Shown here: positions 19,299-29,515 of the stretch, one piece after another | Layout of the letters: each line of letters begins with the position of its first letter | Position numbering within the stretch: position 1 is the stretch's first letter | Origin: Spirochaetota bacterium | GTDB taxonomy: Bacteria; Spirochaetota; Spirochaetia; Treponematales; UBA12059 | Reading direction: 5' to 3' | Length of the DNA: 64,000 bases | NCBI GenBank assembly: GCA_031402655.1 | Contig: JANNSO010000053.1 | Coordinates: 18,536-82,535 of the forward strand | Program-made: the position numbers and the translations under genes | Notes under the pieces: model-generated | What the model was told of the DNA's origin: nothing | What the model saw: the letters and a program-made list of their open reading frames with translations, nothing else | Databases searched by the model: none

Positions 19299-20356
19299 CG
19301 TGATGTTTCCCCAGATCGTTTCTTATCCGTGCCGAGGAAATCTAACAAAACAGCCTCAAGGAATCCGAAACCGTAGATAAAATGCATCGCAGGAAAAACC
19401 CAAAGAAGTCCAAAAAAAGATCTTAGCCATAGCACAGGTTTTAAGCCATTTAAAGTTTTTACGGCAGCCATTATTGCAGCAATGCCATATATTGAACAGC
19501 CCAACAAATAAAGCAACAAAAACAAAGAATTACCGATAAACGTAATAGGCAAAATCGAAAGAATAAATACTGTAAAACCTATGGGCACCAATTGTCGAAA
19601 GGAAGAAAGTATTCCATGCTTCCTATTAACATAGTGTTTCCAAAATCCAATCTGAAATATCATTTTAAGAAATGACTTGAATGAAACGCGATTAAAATAT
19701 CCAACCTTCAGGTCGGGTAGGCAATAAATTTTTCCGCCCGCTTTCCTGCATCTAGTATTGAATTCAAGATCTTGCCCTCTATCAAACGAGATATCAAACT
19801 CACCGTAGATTTCGAAGGCATCTCGTTTCCAGCAGCCAAATGGAACCGTATCAACAGAAACAGGATCCAAGCCTTTAAGAGTTCTAAAGGAGCTCCCGAC
19901 GCCGAAGACACTTCCCATCGCTGCGTTGATAATCTTTGCCGGTATTGAATTATCACCAGGCAGGTTAACAAGAGCAGCTCCGACATTAACTGCGTCATGC
20001 AACTCAAGGAATCCGATAAGTCTTAAAACATAATCAATCGGGTATTCAGCATGGCAATCCGCCCGCACGATATACTCGCCTTTTGCTATTTTTATTGCAG
20101 CGTTGAGCCCCGGAGACACTTTTCTATACTGGTTATCAATGACTACTATATTTTCATACTTTTCTGCCAAAGCCAACGCTATTTGTTTGGTTCTATCGGT
20201 ACTGATCCCATCCACTATTATAAATTCCAACACCATATTTTCTTTAAGCTTGGATCTCATTAAGGAGATTACGCATCGTTCGATAAAAGCTTCTTCGTTA
20301 AAGCAGGGGATAATAATGGTTACAATCAAAAAAGACTCCTCTAAAATCAATGGCAT
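19295..20356 (-). CDS. Glycosyltransferase family 2 with C-terminal TM segments
   Basis: VTIIIPCFNEEAFIERCV and IIVDGISTDRT, followed by 3-4 C-terminal hydrophobic helices. ATGA overlap with the next gene at 19295-19298. Confidence 0.8.
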   Translation of the reverse strand: MPLILEESFLIVTIIIPCFNEEAFIERCVISLMRSKLKENMVLEFIIVDGISTDRTKQIALALAEKYENIVVIDNQYRKVSPGLNAAIKIAKGEYIVRADCHAEYPIDYVLRLIGFLELHDAVNVGAALVNLPGDNSIPAKIINAAMGSVFGVGSSFRTLKGLDPVSVDTVPFGCWKRDAFEIYGEFDISFDRGQDLEFNTRCRKAGGKIYCLPDLKVGYFNRVSFKSFLKMIFQIGFWKHYVNRKHGILSSFRQLVPIGFTVFILSILPITFIGNSLFLLLYLLGCSIYGIAAIMAAVKTLNGLKPVLWLRSFFGLLWVFPAMHFIYGFGFLEAVLLDFLGTDKKRSGETSR

Positions 20357-20630
20357 GGATTATTGTGCAGGGTCTTTCAAGATTATAGAAAATCAGGTAG
20401 GGTTGTATCTATTTTAAAAGCCTAGCAAGATTTCATTTTTCTTAGATTTAAAAATAATTTCAATTGGCAGTATTAAAACCAATCCCCAGGCAAATATTCA
20501 TAAGAATGCAAAGTCATAAAACCATATTACAGGAATATGGAGAGGCGGGATAATCGAGTGAGAAAGCAAAAAACAATAACTACGCCATAGTCTTGAAGCT
20601 AGACTCGATGTAGCAGAATTTGTTTCCCGT

Positions 20631-21308
20631 TTAAAACTTTGGCCCAAAAAAGAATGTAAGATTTGGATAATAAGTTGGATCTCGGACAAGTGGATACAAC
20701 TCACGGTGATGATCCAGAGCAATAGCTAATTCAATCATATCGCTTGCATTGACACTAAATTCAATACCGAATATCAATTTTTTAAAGCTTTTTGAATATG
20801 ATACTTTTAGTAGATTATCAACAACATAGAAGAGCGAATGCTTTTTTAGTACAAAGAAAAAGGGTATTCTCTTTTCAATACCACCTCCAAACCAAGTCCC
20901 CATAGTATCATAATTATAATAAACTTCAGTCTTCGGTCCCAGGGAAATTGTTAATTTATCAGACTCAAAGTGAAGAATATTAAAATTAATCAAAAAAGAA
21001 TACCCTAAGAGGGATACGAAATCATTATCTGGCGTGTCCAGAAAAATACCATTATATTGTAAATAATGCGAAAAATAAAATGCCACATCCGTTTTATAGG
21101 GGGTTTCAACAGAAACCGAAAAACCGGAAAACTCTATTTTCCTGAAAATTGTATTATTATCTCCGGCAATTTTAGGAACCCAGTCCCAATAATCCGTATT
21201 GTTTAGAACGGGAAATCCTCCTCCTACAATAAATGGAGTTTGTGCGTGAATGCCGATGCTTACCGACAGCAAAAGAACGATTAGTAGCAGGTTTAATTTT
21301 TGAAGCAT
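20631..21308 (-). CDS. Small exported beta-barrel candidate
   Basis: ATG at 21308 is preceded by GGAG. Signal peptide MLQKLNLLLIVLLLSVSIGIHAQ, aromatic-rich body and C-terminal ..FFFGPKF. Confidence 0.4.
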   Translation of the reverse strand: MLQKLNLLLIVLLLSVSIGIHAQTPFIVGGGFPVLNNTDYWDWVPKIAGDNNTIFRKIEFSGFSVSVETPYKTDVAFYFSHYLQYNGIFLDTPDNDFVSLLGYSFLINFNILHFESDKLTISLGPKTEVYYNYDTMGTWFGGGIEKRIPFFFVLKKHSLFYVVDNLLKVSYSKSFKKLIFGIEFSVNASDMIELAIALDHHRELYPLVRDPTYYPNLTFFFGPKF

Positions 21309-21374
21309 GTTTTTCTCCATATTCTACTATAGCAATTTTATTGTATATCACAAATTATTTACGTGCCCGCAGAA

Positions 21375-23159
21375 TTACCCCTTTCGCCATTTATTAAAAC
21401 TTGAAAAGAAAATCCCTAAAGTCAAAGCCCTTCGCCGTACTGAAGGCGAAAGTGAAAAATCCGAAGTAATATGACTTAAATCAAAACCGTTCGCCCAAAG
21501 CCCTGTATCTCGTCCGTTCTCGTACGCCCCCATAATGGTATCCGCACTTGAGAAGCCATCCTTTAGACTCAATACCCGAGATAACAGCGGTTTCATTACT
21601 TTGGACCTTGGCAAAGTCCAGTGGTTTTTCACCGCATTTTCCAGACTAAGAAAGCGCATCGCCAGATTTGATTTTGGAGAATATTTTATCCCATACATAG
21701 GAACCGACACCAATCTAGCATCTATATGCTTTAAAAAATCAGCAAAAAAAGCGAAATCTGCCCAGGCTAAAGGGACTTTCTCCATAATTGTCTGAACAAA
21801 TTCCGGAGCCCATAGCGGGTGTACCGGCCATAATTGAGCTCTCTCACGCTCTCCACCGGCATGACCGACATACCGTGTACAAAATTGATTGTAAAAGCGT
21901 TTGGTAGCGGTTTCAGGATCAAAACGGATACTACTACCCCAAATTTGGTTAAGTTTTGCGATATATAAGTTTGGGTCAAGTCCAACGAGTTTAGCAGCTT
22001 TAAAAGCTCCGAGCGCCGAGTATAACGGCCTTTCAACACCGGAAATAAAAGCATTTTTAATGTCCCGATACGGCCTACGAATAATTTCGCCAACAAGGCC
22101 GCCGAATCTTCTTGCAGAACTACCTGCCATTTCTTGGAGACCTGCCACATCCTGGTAACAGATGCTGGTTGTGTAATAATTTACAAGTCCGTCAGTCGCC
22201 AAAATTAGATTCTCGAGCCCTTCGAGGCGCGGCGAATTGTCTAAGGATAGTTTCTGGAATCTTCCGGGTGAATCAAGTGCCGAAAACGCTGCGTTTGCCA
22301 CGAAGCTTTCATCGCGCACATATTCAAAAGTAATGTAATCGACATCTTTTGTAAAATGCGATAATGCTCCCAACATGGCTCTGGAATCAAACCCCCCAGA
22401 TAAGTCGCATAGTATTCTATTCCCTTTCGATTTCCAATAATCAACCCGCCGCTTTGTAACTTGAAGGAACAGGTCGACTAAGTCCCTTGCAGCTGTTTTA
22501 CGATTTCGAAAAGGTATTTTTTGTTCAAAATCGAGAGGTATAGTATGAACCTCAGTCAAAGTGCCATCTTTGACTATTAGCAGCCTTCCTCCTGACAGAC
22601 TGCTAATACCCCTAAAAAATGTTTTCCCATCGATAGGAAACCCCGTTGCCAAAATTTCTGCAACAGCTTCCAATTCAGGGGTTTCGCATCCTGAAAATAA
22701 CGCTGCGTGCCGGAGTTCCCTGGAAATCGCCACTCCAGTTGATCCCGATCCATAATAGAGCGATAAGCGCCCCAATGTATCATTGAAAGTCAGAATATCA
22801 CCGGAGGCAATATCCATTATAGCGATAATAAATTCACCATCGGCGTTTTTGACGAACTCGATCACGCCGGTTCTTATATCAGTGCCGGCTATGAATTGCC
22901 TCGCCAAGCCTTCAAGTTTTACCTTGATGAACTCTGGTTTTGGGTCGTATATAACCCCTTCAAGAAGAATCACAAAGTCATCGGCAGCCATTACCTCAAG
23001 AGGATATCCGCTGCCTTTCACAATTCCCAAAAAACTTTGCTTCTCACTGAGGACAAGTTTTTCAGGATTTGTGATTACCGTCGGAGAACGTTTCCATGTC
23101 TGTATGTAGACAGGAAGGTCAAATTTTCCTGATACTGAAGCATACGTAAATCCAGCCAT
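21375..23159 (-). CDS. Asparagine-synthase (AsnB)-like amidoligase lacking the N-terminal Cys nucleophile
   Basis: The synthetase domain has CDLSGGFDSRAMLGA, the PP-loop SGGxDS. The N-terminal Ntn-like domain has LLEGVIYD and DGEFIIAIMD..NDTLGRLSLYY. ATG at 23159 forms TAATG with the wzx stop. The protein starts MAGF rather than MCG. Confidence 0.75.
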   Translation of the reverse strand: MAGFTYASVSGKFDLPVYIQTWKRSPTVITNPEKLVLSEKQSFLGIVKGSGYPLEVMAADDFVILLEGVIYDPKPEFIKVKLEGLARQFIAGTDIRTGVIEFVKNADGEFIIAIMDIASGDILTFNDTLGRLSLYYGSGSTGVAISRELRHAALFSGCETPELEAVAEILATGFPIDGKTFFRGISSLSGGRLLIVKDGTLTEVHTIPLDFEQKIPFRNRKTAARDLVDLFLQVTKRRVDYWKSKGNRILCDLSGGFDSRAMLGALSHFTKDVDYITFEYVRDESFVANAAFSALDSPGRFQKLSLDNSPRLEGLENLILATDGLVNYYTTSICYQDVAGLQEMAGSSARRFGGLVGEIIRRPYRDIKNAFISGVERPLYSALGAFKAAKLVGLDPNLYIAKLNQIWGSSIRFDPETATKRFYNQFCTRYVGHAGGERERAQLWPVHPLWAPEFVQTIMEKVPLAWADFAFFADFLKHIDARLVSVPMYGIKYSPKSNLAMRFLSLENAVKNHWTLPRSKVMKPLLSRVLSLKDGFSSADTIMGAYENGRDTGLWANGFDLSHITSDFSLSPSVRRRALTLGIFFSSFNKWRKG

Positions 23160-24598
23160 TAACGAACCTTCCTCGCTCGAGAGCGAATTCCCGAAATCAG
23201 TGATATCAATTCTTTGCCGCCGACTAACCAAGCCCCTGCAAGCGAAAAGAAAACAAAAGCAAAAGCCCTTGCTATGAAATTATTCCATGGCTTTCCAGAT
23301 CCAATGATATGGTAAAGAAAACTCCCCGAAATAGGCGCTACCAAAAAAGCAAACGATCGTAACCCATAATGGATCGGGTAATATTTTTTTCCGCAAAGAG
23401 AGTACGCAGCCGCTTTTAACCCCGAAGCGATGACATTGGACAATGCAGCTCCGGCTATTCCGATCACAGGAACCAAAATAAAATTAAGCAGCGTTGCCAA
23501 CGCAGCTGAAAGCGCCGTAATGAAGGCTACAACCTTAGTTCGCTTTGCGAGTAGAATGCCCGGTGAAAACATCGGAAGGCTGCCAAGAAAAGCAGAAAGC
23601 ACCAAAATTGGCATCACACTTGCAGCTCCAAAGAATTCCGGAGTGGTAAATACGGAAATCGCCTCTACGCTGAATAGCGCGAATCCACAGAGAATAGTCG
23701 ATCCAGCGATTAGAAAAAAGCGGAAGATTCTTTCTATGGCGACAGGTGTTGAAGGATCCTCGTGTTTACTGTAGATCAGAGGGTTTAAGGCACTTGCGAC
23801 ACCAACGAGGAGCAACGACATCAGTGACGAAAATTTTATCGCTATGCCATATACTCCTACATCCGCCAAGGTCATGTACCGTTGTATAGCAAACCTGTCA
23901 ATGTAAGCCGCGATAAACACACTAAGACTGGCAGGCACAAGAGGTCCTGAAAAAATTAAAAGCTCGCGCAAGCGACGAAACTTAAAACCTCCCAAAAATC
24001 TGTGCCAACCCCTACCTAGCGCAAAAATAGAGCCAAAAAGTGACCCGGCGACTTGACCGTAATACATACCCCGAATGCCGGACCCGCACAACAGGATAGT
24101 TAGTGCGGAGACAATGCTGGACACGATGACGAACGCCAAACTTGAAACTACAAAGTCCTTCGTCCTGAAATCATAGCGGCTTTGCAATTGAAGAAGAAAG
24201 AAGATTCCGTTCAAAGCCAATGCCAGCGTTTGCCACCTGAATACGCCGGCCCAATTCAAATCGCCAAGCAAAAGATTTGAGAAAGGAACAGAAAAAAGGA
24301 AAGAGGCAAAAGTATATAAAATCCAAACAATGGCCGTAAAGACAAAAGCGGTCGATGCATACTCAGTCTTTGTCAACTCATCTTTCGTTCCGGCATAATA
24401 CCGCGCCAAGGCTTGGGATATTTCCAAGGGAATAAGTATACGCATCACACTGCCGGCTGCTTGGAGGATATCCGAAACTCCATATTCAGCAGGCGATAGG
24501 ACTCTCGTAAACAAGGGAAGCAACAGCAACGAGACCAAGTGCGAGAGGATATTTGCAGCCGAGTAGGCAAAAGAATCCTTCAGGAAACGTCTGAGCAA
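23159..24598 (-). CDS. wzx: Polysaccharide flippase (Wzx, MOP superfamily)
   Basis: About 12-14 TM helices. The N-terminus MLRRFLKDSFAYSAANILSHLVSLLLLPLFTRVLSPAEYGV is typical of Wzx/RfbX. Confidence 0.8.
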   Translation of the reverse strand: MLRRFLKDSFAYSAANILSHLVSLLLLPLFTRVLSPAEYGVSDILQAAGSVMRILIPLEISQALARYYAGTKDELTKTEYASTAFVFTAIVWILYTFASFLFSVPFSNLLLGDLNWAGVFRWQTLALALNGIFFLLQLQSRYDFRTKDFVVSSLAFVIVSSIVSALTILLCGSGIRGMYYGQVAGSLFGSIFALGRGWHRFLGGFKFRRLRELLIFSGPLVPASLSVFIAAYIDRFAIQRYMTLADVGVYGIAIKFSSLMSLLLVGVASALNPLIYSKHEDPSTPVAIERIFRFFLIAGSTILCGFALFSVEAISVFTTPEFFGAASVMPILVLSAFLGSLPMFSPGILLAKRTKVVAFITALSAALATLLNFILVPVIGIAGAALSNVIASGLKAAAYSLCGKKYYPIHYGLRSFAFLVAPISGSFLYHIIGSGKPWNNFIARAFAFVFFSLAGAWLVGGKELISLISGIRSRARKVR

Positions 24599-25890
24599 TG
24601 AGTACTCCGAATGATTGATTTGATGGCATCGAGGGATTTAAAGTTCCTGGGAAGACAGAAAGAAGATATGCCATACAGGTTGTAGATTTTGACGAGTCTT
24701 TCAGTTAGATCAGTACGTTTCTGTCCATATCCATCAATATAGGCTATATTCTCCGGCCTGCTGATGGGAAATAATTCTGCAGGTTTGCAAAGAATATCGT
24801 ATAAACGTTTTGCTACTTTTCCTGGGGACCAATGAGACACCACGAACTGCCTGGAGTCTTCCGACAGTTGTTGCCGCTTTCTAGGATCGGAAACTAACTC
24901 TTCAATTCCAATCTTGATATCCTCCGGAAGTACATGCATTGAAGGCGGAATCATGCTTGGGGGAACCCCGAGATCCTCCGTATTAAAATAACCTCCGATA
25001 ACGGCAGGTCTTCCCCTCACGGCTGCTTCTGCTGCAAAACCTGCAAGTGGAGTATCCGAATAAACCTGATCAACGACAAAATCGCATTCTAAAATAGCCT
25101 CAAGCATTTTGTCATGCGATACTCCCGATAACTCGACAAGCCTGAGCGGGTATCCTTCTTCAATGAAAACTCGGCAAGCATCGCGAATCTCTGGAGAGCC
25201 TTTGCTCTCGGGAGCGGAAGGACCATGAAGAATTTTTATCATTCCATCGCTTAGTTTTCTATTGTAATCCCCCGCGGGAATCGCTGTTGGAATGCCTAAA
25301 TACAAAAAGGGTACAAACGGCTTACGAAGCAAGTGGGCAGTCGGCGGATGTGCAACGATGGTATGCGACCACTTTTCAATCCAACGTACATCGCGGGCCT
25401 GTCGCAATGTTTCTGCGATTATCCAGTTTAAAGATCTATTTTGCCCGTCGTGAAAATACCTACCATTCAGATAAGCAGGCCTGATATCGCTGCCCAGAAA
25501 AATAAATACGATTTTTTTACCTAATAGCTTCAGGACAGGAAGCTCAAGGAGCTTAAAAAAGCTGGATCTGCCCAAAAAAATAAATATGTCATAGCGAAGA
25601 AGACAAGCCCAAAAAAGTGGTAATGTTGCGAGAGCTCTTGCCGCACTCCAGAAAACAAGTCCACTGCGGCACCCGGTTTTCGACGAAACCCGTATTCGCC
25701 CCGACATACGCCATACAAATTCCTGAAACGGAAGGAAGCCAGCAGAATCACGATATTTGAAGCGATGCAAGGCAAGTTCAAGAAAATCACACGGTATGCC
25801 AATTTCATCGAATCCGGTTTTAAGCCCGCTGCCATACCCCGCAATATCCCCTATCCCAACCAGCACTCGAGGAATTGCTCTTGCTTTCAT
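24580..25890 (-). CDS. Putative GT-B-like glycosyltransferase / hypothetical
   Basis: The C-terminal half (KILHGPSAPESKGSPEI..LVELSGVSHDKMLEAILECDFVVDQVYSDTPLAGFAAEAAVRGRPAVIGG) resembles a GT-B C-domain. I recognise no firm family. Confidence 0.4.
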   Translation of the reverse strand: MKARAIPRVLVGIGDIAGYGSGLKTGFDEIGIPCDFLELALHRFKYRDSAGFLPFQEFVWRMSGRIRVSSKTGCRSGLVFWSAARALATLPLFWACLLRYDIFIFLGRSSFFKLLELPVLKLLGKKIVFIFLGSDIRPAYLNGRYFHDGQNRSLNWIIAETLRQARDVRWIEKWSHTIVAHPPTAHLLRKPFVPFLYLGIPTAIPAGDYNRKLSDGMIKILHGPSAPESKGSPEIRDACRVFIEEGYPLRLVELSGVSHDKMLEAILECDFVVDQVYSDTPLAGFAAEAAVRGRPAVIGGYFNTEDLGVPPSMIPPSMHVLPEDIKIGIEELVSDPRKRQQLSEDSRQFVVSHWSPGKVAKRLYDILCKPAELFPISRPENIAYIDGYGQKRTDLTERLVKIYNLYGISSFCLPRNFKSLDAIKSIIRSTHCSDVS

Positions 25891-26456
25891 GGCTTTGATG
25901 GTCCGACTATTTTCGCAGGCGAACCGAACGCTTTCATGCCCGAGGGAATATCTTTATTTACAAGACTATTCGCCCCGATTATGGAGTAATCGCCGATCGA
26001 TACGCCTTTAGCAATTACGGCATTCGGCCCAATGTAGACATGATTTCCAATCGATACGGAAGCCGAGGATATATCGCTTCCTTCAATTATCTTTTTCACC
26101 GTATCATGGGTATATATTTGAACTCCTGCTGATATCGCGCAACAATCACCTATTCTTAATCCGTCTCCAGATCCGTCAAGGATCGTATACGGTCCCACCC
26201 AAGTATCGCTTCCTACAGATACTTTTCCAAGCACCAAACATGAATCGTACACGGATGTACCGGATCCGAAACCCATCATTTTGGCTCGCTCCCATCGATC
26301 GATAAAATAATCAGGGATAGACAGGTATCTCTCGAATCGAGCCCACTTTTCTTGGAACAGCATGCTCAACAATCGCCGCAGACGCTTGTATAGCAGGCGA
26401 TCCTCATCATCTGCCCCGAATTTCGCCAGATCCGGTATTTTTTTTTCATCCAACAT
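25887..26456 (-). CDS. Left-handed beta-helix (hexapeptide) acetyltransferase
   Basis: Hexapeptide repeats: IGDCCAISAGVQIY..IGNHVYIGPNAVIAKGVSIGDYSIIGANSLVNKDIP. Confidence 0.8.
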   Translation of the reverse strand: MLDEKKIPDLAKFGADDEDRLLYKRLRRLLSMLFQEKWARFERYLSIPDYFIDRWERAKMMGFGSGTSVYDSCLVLGKVSVGSDTWVGPYTILDGSGDGLRIGDCCAISAGVQIYTHDTVKKIIEGSDISSASVSIGNHVYIGPNAVIAKGVSIGDYSIIGANSLVNKDIPSGMKAFGSPAKIVGPSKP

Positions 26457-26466
26457 GTTTCACCTA

Positions 26467-27549
26467 TCAACGCCCATACGCAAGGATTGCCGAGCATACG
26501 AGTTCCGGATCAACGTCATCGTGACAAGGTAAGGTTATAGTAGTAGCTTGCAAACGACTCGAAACGGGTTGAACGTCATGATACTTGTTCTTGAAGTATG
26601 TACAGCCGGAAAGGCTGTATGTACCGATAGTCGATTCAATATCCTTTGTTTTGAGATATGAAATCAGCCCATCCCGATTCACTCCCGCAGGAACGACAAA
26701 TACCAGGGACTGTACATTGAACACCGCGTCGGGCGCTATCAGTTGCGGCACGTATCCTGCGGGCGAAAGACGCTCGATAAAAGCTGTCCTCAATGCTTGC
26801 CGTGATCTGACGATAGCATCCAGCTTCCGCACTTGTATAACCCCCATCGCAGCCTGGAGTTCCGGCAGGCGGTAGTTATAGCCATAATCCACAAAGTCGA
26901 ATTTACCGTCGGTAAATACGGAACCATGCTCCAACTTGATTTTTAGTTCTTCATACCATGCCGCGTTATTCGTCATGATAGCGCCGCCTTCACCAGTGGA
27001 AAGCAATTTCCGGGGATGGAAGCTGAAGCAAGTAAGATCAGCTATGGCCCCACAGCGTTTTCCTTTTTCTGCGGAACCCAATCCACAAGCTGCATCTTCT
27101 ATCAGCGGCAACCCCTTGGAAGAACACAGCTTATATATCTCAGTCAGACCGCTTGGGTTACCTAACGCATCTACAAAGATAACCGCTTTAGTCTTTCGGG
27201 TTATTTTACGCTCCAATTCCTCCGGCCGCATATTAAAGGTCTCAGGATCAACATCGGCAAAAATCGGGGTGGCATATAAATCCTCCACGACATTCGCGGT
27301 CGCAGGGAAGGAAAAATCGGAAACGATGACTTCGTCTCCCGGTTTGATGTCAAGAAGTTTCAAACAGGCTGAAAGGGCAGTCGTTGCCGAAGTGGCCAAA
27401 TGGACATGCTTGGCACCTGTATATAAAACCAGTTCTTTTTTGAACAGCTCTACGTTCGGTCCTTTGGTAAACCAGCCGGACTCGAAAATATCTTTAAACT
27501 GTTGCTCCACTTCTTCGTAGCGGATATAAGGCTTGATAAGCTTGATCAT
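26467..27549 (-). CDS. DegT/DnrJ/EryC1/StrS-family sugar aminotransferase
   Basis: FSFHPRKLLSTGEGG contains the PLP lysine. ATG at 27549 is preceded by AGGAG and forms an ATGA overlap with the upstream stop. Confidence 0.85.
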   Translation of the reverse strand: MIKLIKPYIRYEEVEQQFKDIFESGWFTKGPNVELFKKELVLYTGAKHVHLATSATTALSACLKLLDIKPGDEVIVSDFSFPATANVVEDLYATPIFADVDPETFNMRPEELERKITRKTKAVIFVDALGNPSGLTEIYKLCSSKGLPLIEDAACGLGSAEKGKRCGAIADLTCFSFHPRKLLSTGEGGAIMTNNAAWYEELKIKLEHGSVFTDGKFDFVDYGYNYRLPELQAAMGVIQVRKLDAIVRSRQALRTAFIERLSPAGYVPQLIAPDAVFNVQSLVFVVPAGVNRDGLISYLKTKDIESTIGTYSLSGCTYFKNKYHDVQPVSSRLQATTITLPCHDDVDPELVCSAILAYGR

Positions 27550-28517
27550 TGGTTGCTCCTGTTGAATTCCGCAAGGTACCATTCTATCGTTTTCTTTAAT
27601 CCTTCATCAAAAGATGTCAGGTTATACTTGATCATAGATTTAATTTTTTTGTTGCTGGCATTGTGGCAGAGGACATCGGCGTTTCTCGCAGGTCCCCGGG
27701 TTATTTCTCCGGTAAAATCCATCAATGAACAAATCCGTTTTATCAGCTCCGCGATTGTTATCTGCCCATCACTGGAAATGTTTATCGAATCGCCGGAAAC
27801 CATTAGGGGATAGACACCTAAGACTGCCTCCACCGTATCGGCAACATAGATAAAATCCCGGCTTTGCGTACCATCGCCGTGGATCTGCGGGCTATCGCCC
27901 TTTCGTATCCTTGCTGCCGTTGCAGGTATTACTCCTGCAAGCACTCCTCTGTAATTTTGCCTTGGCCCATAGTTATTGAAAGGACGGACAATAATAGCGT
28001 CGAGACCGAACATGCGCACGTAGGACTCGACCGCTAGATCCGCTGCAGCCTTGCCGGCGGCGTACGTAGTTGTAGGATTACGCGGATGAACCTCATCCAT
28101 GGGTTCATAGACAGCTGTGCCATATACTTCTGAAGTGGAAAAATGGCACAGGGTCTTGAATTTTCCTTTGCGCTGCAACTCGAGCAAGTTCAAGGCAATC
28201 CTTACATTCGTATCGAATGCGTTGGCAGGATTCAAAAAGGAATAATTCAAAGCCTTCGTTGCACAGTTGAAAACAATATCGATATGATGTTCATTAAAAA
28301 TATATTCCAAAGAAGTCGGAAATTCCGCGTCGTCGATGTAGAGTTTCGCTCCGCGAGCTTTAGCTGCCGCAAGATTCTCTTCCCGCCCGCAAAAAAGATT
28401 GTCTATCGCAATAACTTCAGAAGCACCTCGATCCAACAGCAAGTCTATTAAATGGCTGCCGATGAACCCTGACCCGCCAGTTACTAGGATTTTTGAATTT
28501 TTAATAGAAGGTCTCAT
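27546..28517 (-). CDS. NAD-dependent sugar-nucleotide epimerase/dehydratase (extended SDR)
   Basis: ILVTGGSGFIGSHL and YAAGKAAADL (YxxxK). ATG at 28517 is preceded by GGAGG. Confidence 0.8.
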   Translation of the reverse strand: MRPSIKNSKILVTGGSGFIGSHLIDLLLDRGASEVIAIDNLFCGREENLAAAKARGAKLYIDDAEFPTSLEYIFNEHHIDIVFNCATKALNYSFLNPANAFDTNVRIALNLLELQRKGKFKTLCHFSTSEVYGTAVYEPMDEVHPRNPTTTYAAGKAAADLAVESYVRMFGLDAIIVRPFNNYGPRQNYRGVLAGVIPATAARIRKGDSPQIHGDGTQSRDFIYVADTVEAVLGVYPLMVSGDSINISSDGQITIAELIKRICSLMDFTGEITRGPARNADVLCHNASNKKIKSMIKYNLTSFDEGLKKTIEWYLAEFNRSNQ

Positions 28518-28528
28518 TAAGCCTCCAG

Positions 28529-29515
28529 TCATAGGTTCATCGCCGCGTCGGCTTTTTCAAGAATTTTGAGAACACGTATACCCGCGTCAGCGCCGGACAA
28601 TGATTCCTTCCTGGATTCCACGCAATTAAAGAAATGATCGAGACTCTGATACAAGGCATCGCGTTCTTCTATATAGGGAGCCCATGCATCTCCAGTCCTC
28701 GTTTTTACAACATAATCGGCATATTCGACTCCCTGGCCGGAAACGATGTCCACGCCCTTGTCAAAGATCATCAGTTTTTCCGTAAGTCTCATATCGTCGA
28801 ACACTGCCATTTTTTTTGAGCCCGCGACGATCAGCTTCCTTTCCTTGACCGGAGATATCCAATTAGACTTGATGTGGGCGATGAATCCGTCGTACCGAAG
28901 CGTAAGAAACGTAAGGCTTTCTTTTGGGTTATAATGTTTTTCTCCGACTGCACTTATGAAGTATGGCTCCAATCCGTTCGAGAGATAATCGATTATCGAA
29001 AGATCGTGAACGGCTAAATCCCACATCGCGCTTACGTCTTTCTTGATTTGACCAAGGTTCATTCGCTGCGCATCGATATAGAGTAGATTACCGAGTTCCC
29101 CGGAATCATACAGCTCTTTAATCTTCCGAATCACTGGATGATAAATCATGATATGATCCACGTGAATGGTCAGCCCCTTTGACATCGCGAGGTTGCGGAG
29201 AGCCTCAGCCTCGGCTACCGTCGAGGTAAATGGTTTTTCCACATACACATGCTTTCCCGAGTTTAGCGCAAGGCTGGCAAGCTCAAAATGCGCGCTGGTT
29301 TCTACTGCAAGACAGACAGCATCGATTTCGAGGTCCGCGAATATGGCATTATGGTCCTTTTCATAAATTACTTGCTGCAAATGAACAGCACGGGCTTTAT
29401 CGAGACGATCCGCCCTCTTGTCGCAGATGGTTTTGAACCGGATATTTTTATTCGCGGCTAGTTGCTTGGCTACATTGGGACCCCAATAACCATATCCTAT
29501 TAGAGCTACGTTCAT
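28529..29515 (-). CDS. Gfo/Idh/MocA-family oxidoreductase (WbpB-like paralogue)
   Basis: [15 protein letters not shown] Rossmann start and the VYVEKPF motif. ATG at 29515 is preceded by AAGGTGGA and forms an ATGA overlap with the upstream gene. Confidence 0.7.
   Translation of the reverse strand: MNVALIGYGYWGPNVAKQLAANKNIRFKTICDKRADRLDKARAVHLQQVIYEKDHNAIFADLEIDAVCLAVETSAHFELASLALNSGKHVYVEKPFTSTVAEAEALRNLAMSKGLTIHVDHIMIYHPVIRKIKELYDSGELGNLLYIDAQRMNLGQIKKDVSAMWDLAVHDLSIIDYLSNGLEPYFISAVGEKHYNPKESLTFLTLRYDGFIAHIKSNWISPVKERKLIVAGSKKMAVFDDMRLTEKLMIFDKGVDIVSGQGVEYADYVVKTRTGDAWAPYIEERDALYQSLDHFFNCVESRKESLSGADAGIRVLKILEKADAAMNL

Noticed and set aside
21375-23159. AsnB-like protein lacking Cys1 as a lasso-peptide cyclase
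   Set aside because: No small precursor ORF, transglutaminase-like protease or RRE protein is adjacent. The gene is translationally coupled to wzx inside a glycan operon, so a glycan amidoligase role is more parsimonious.
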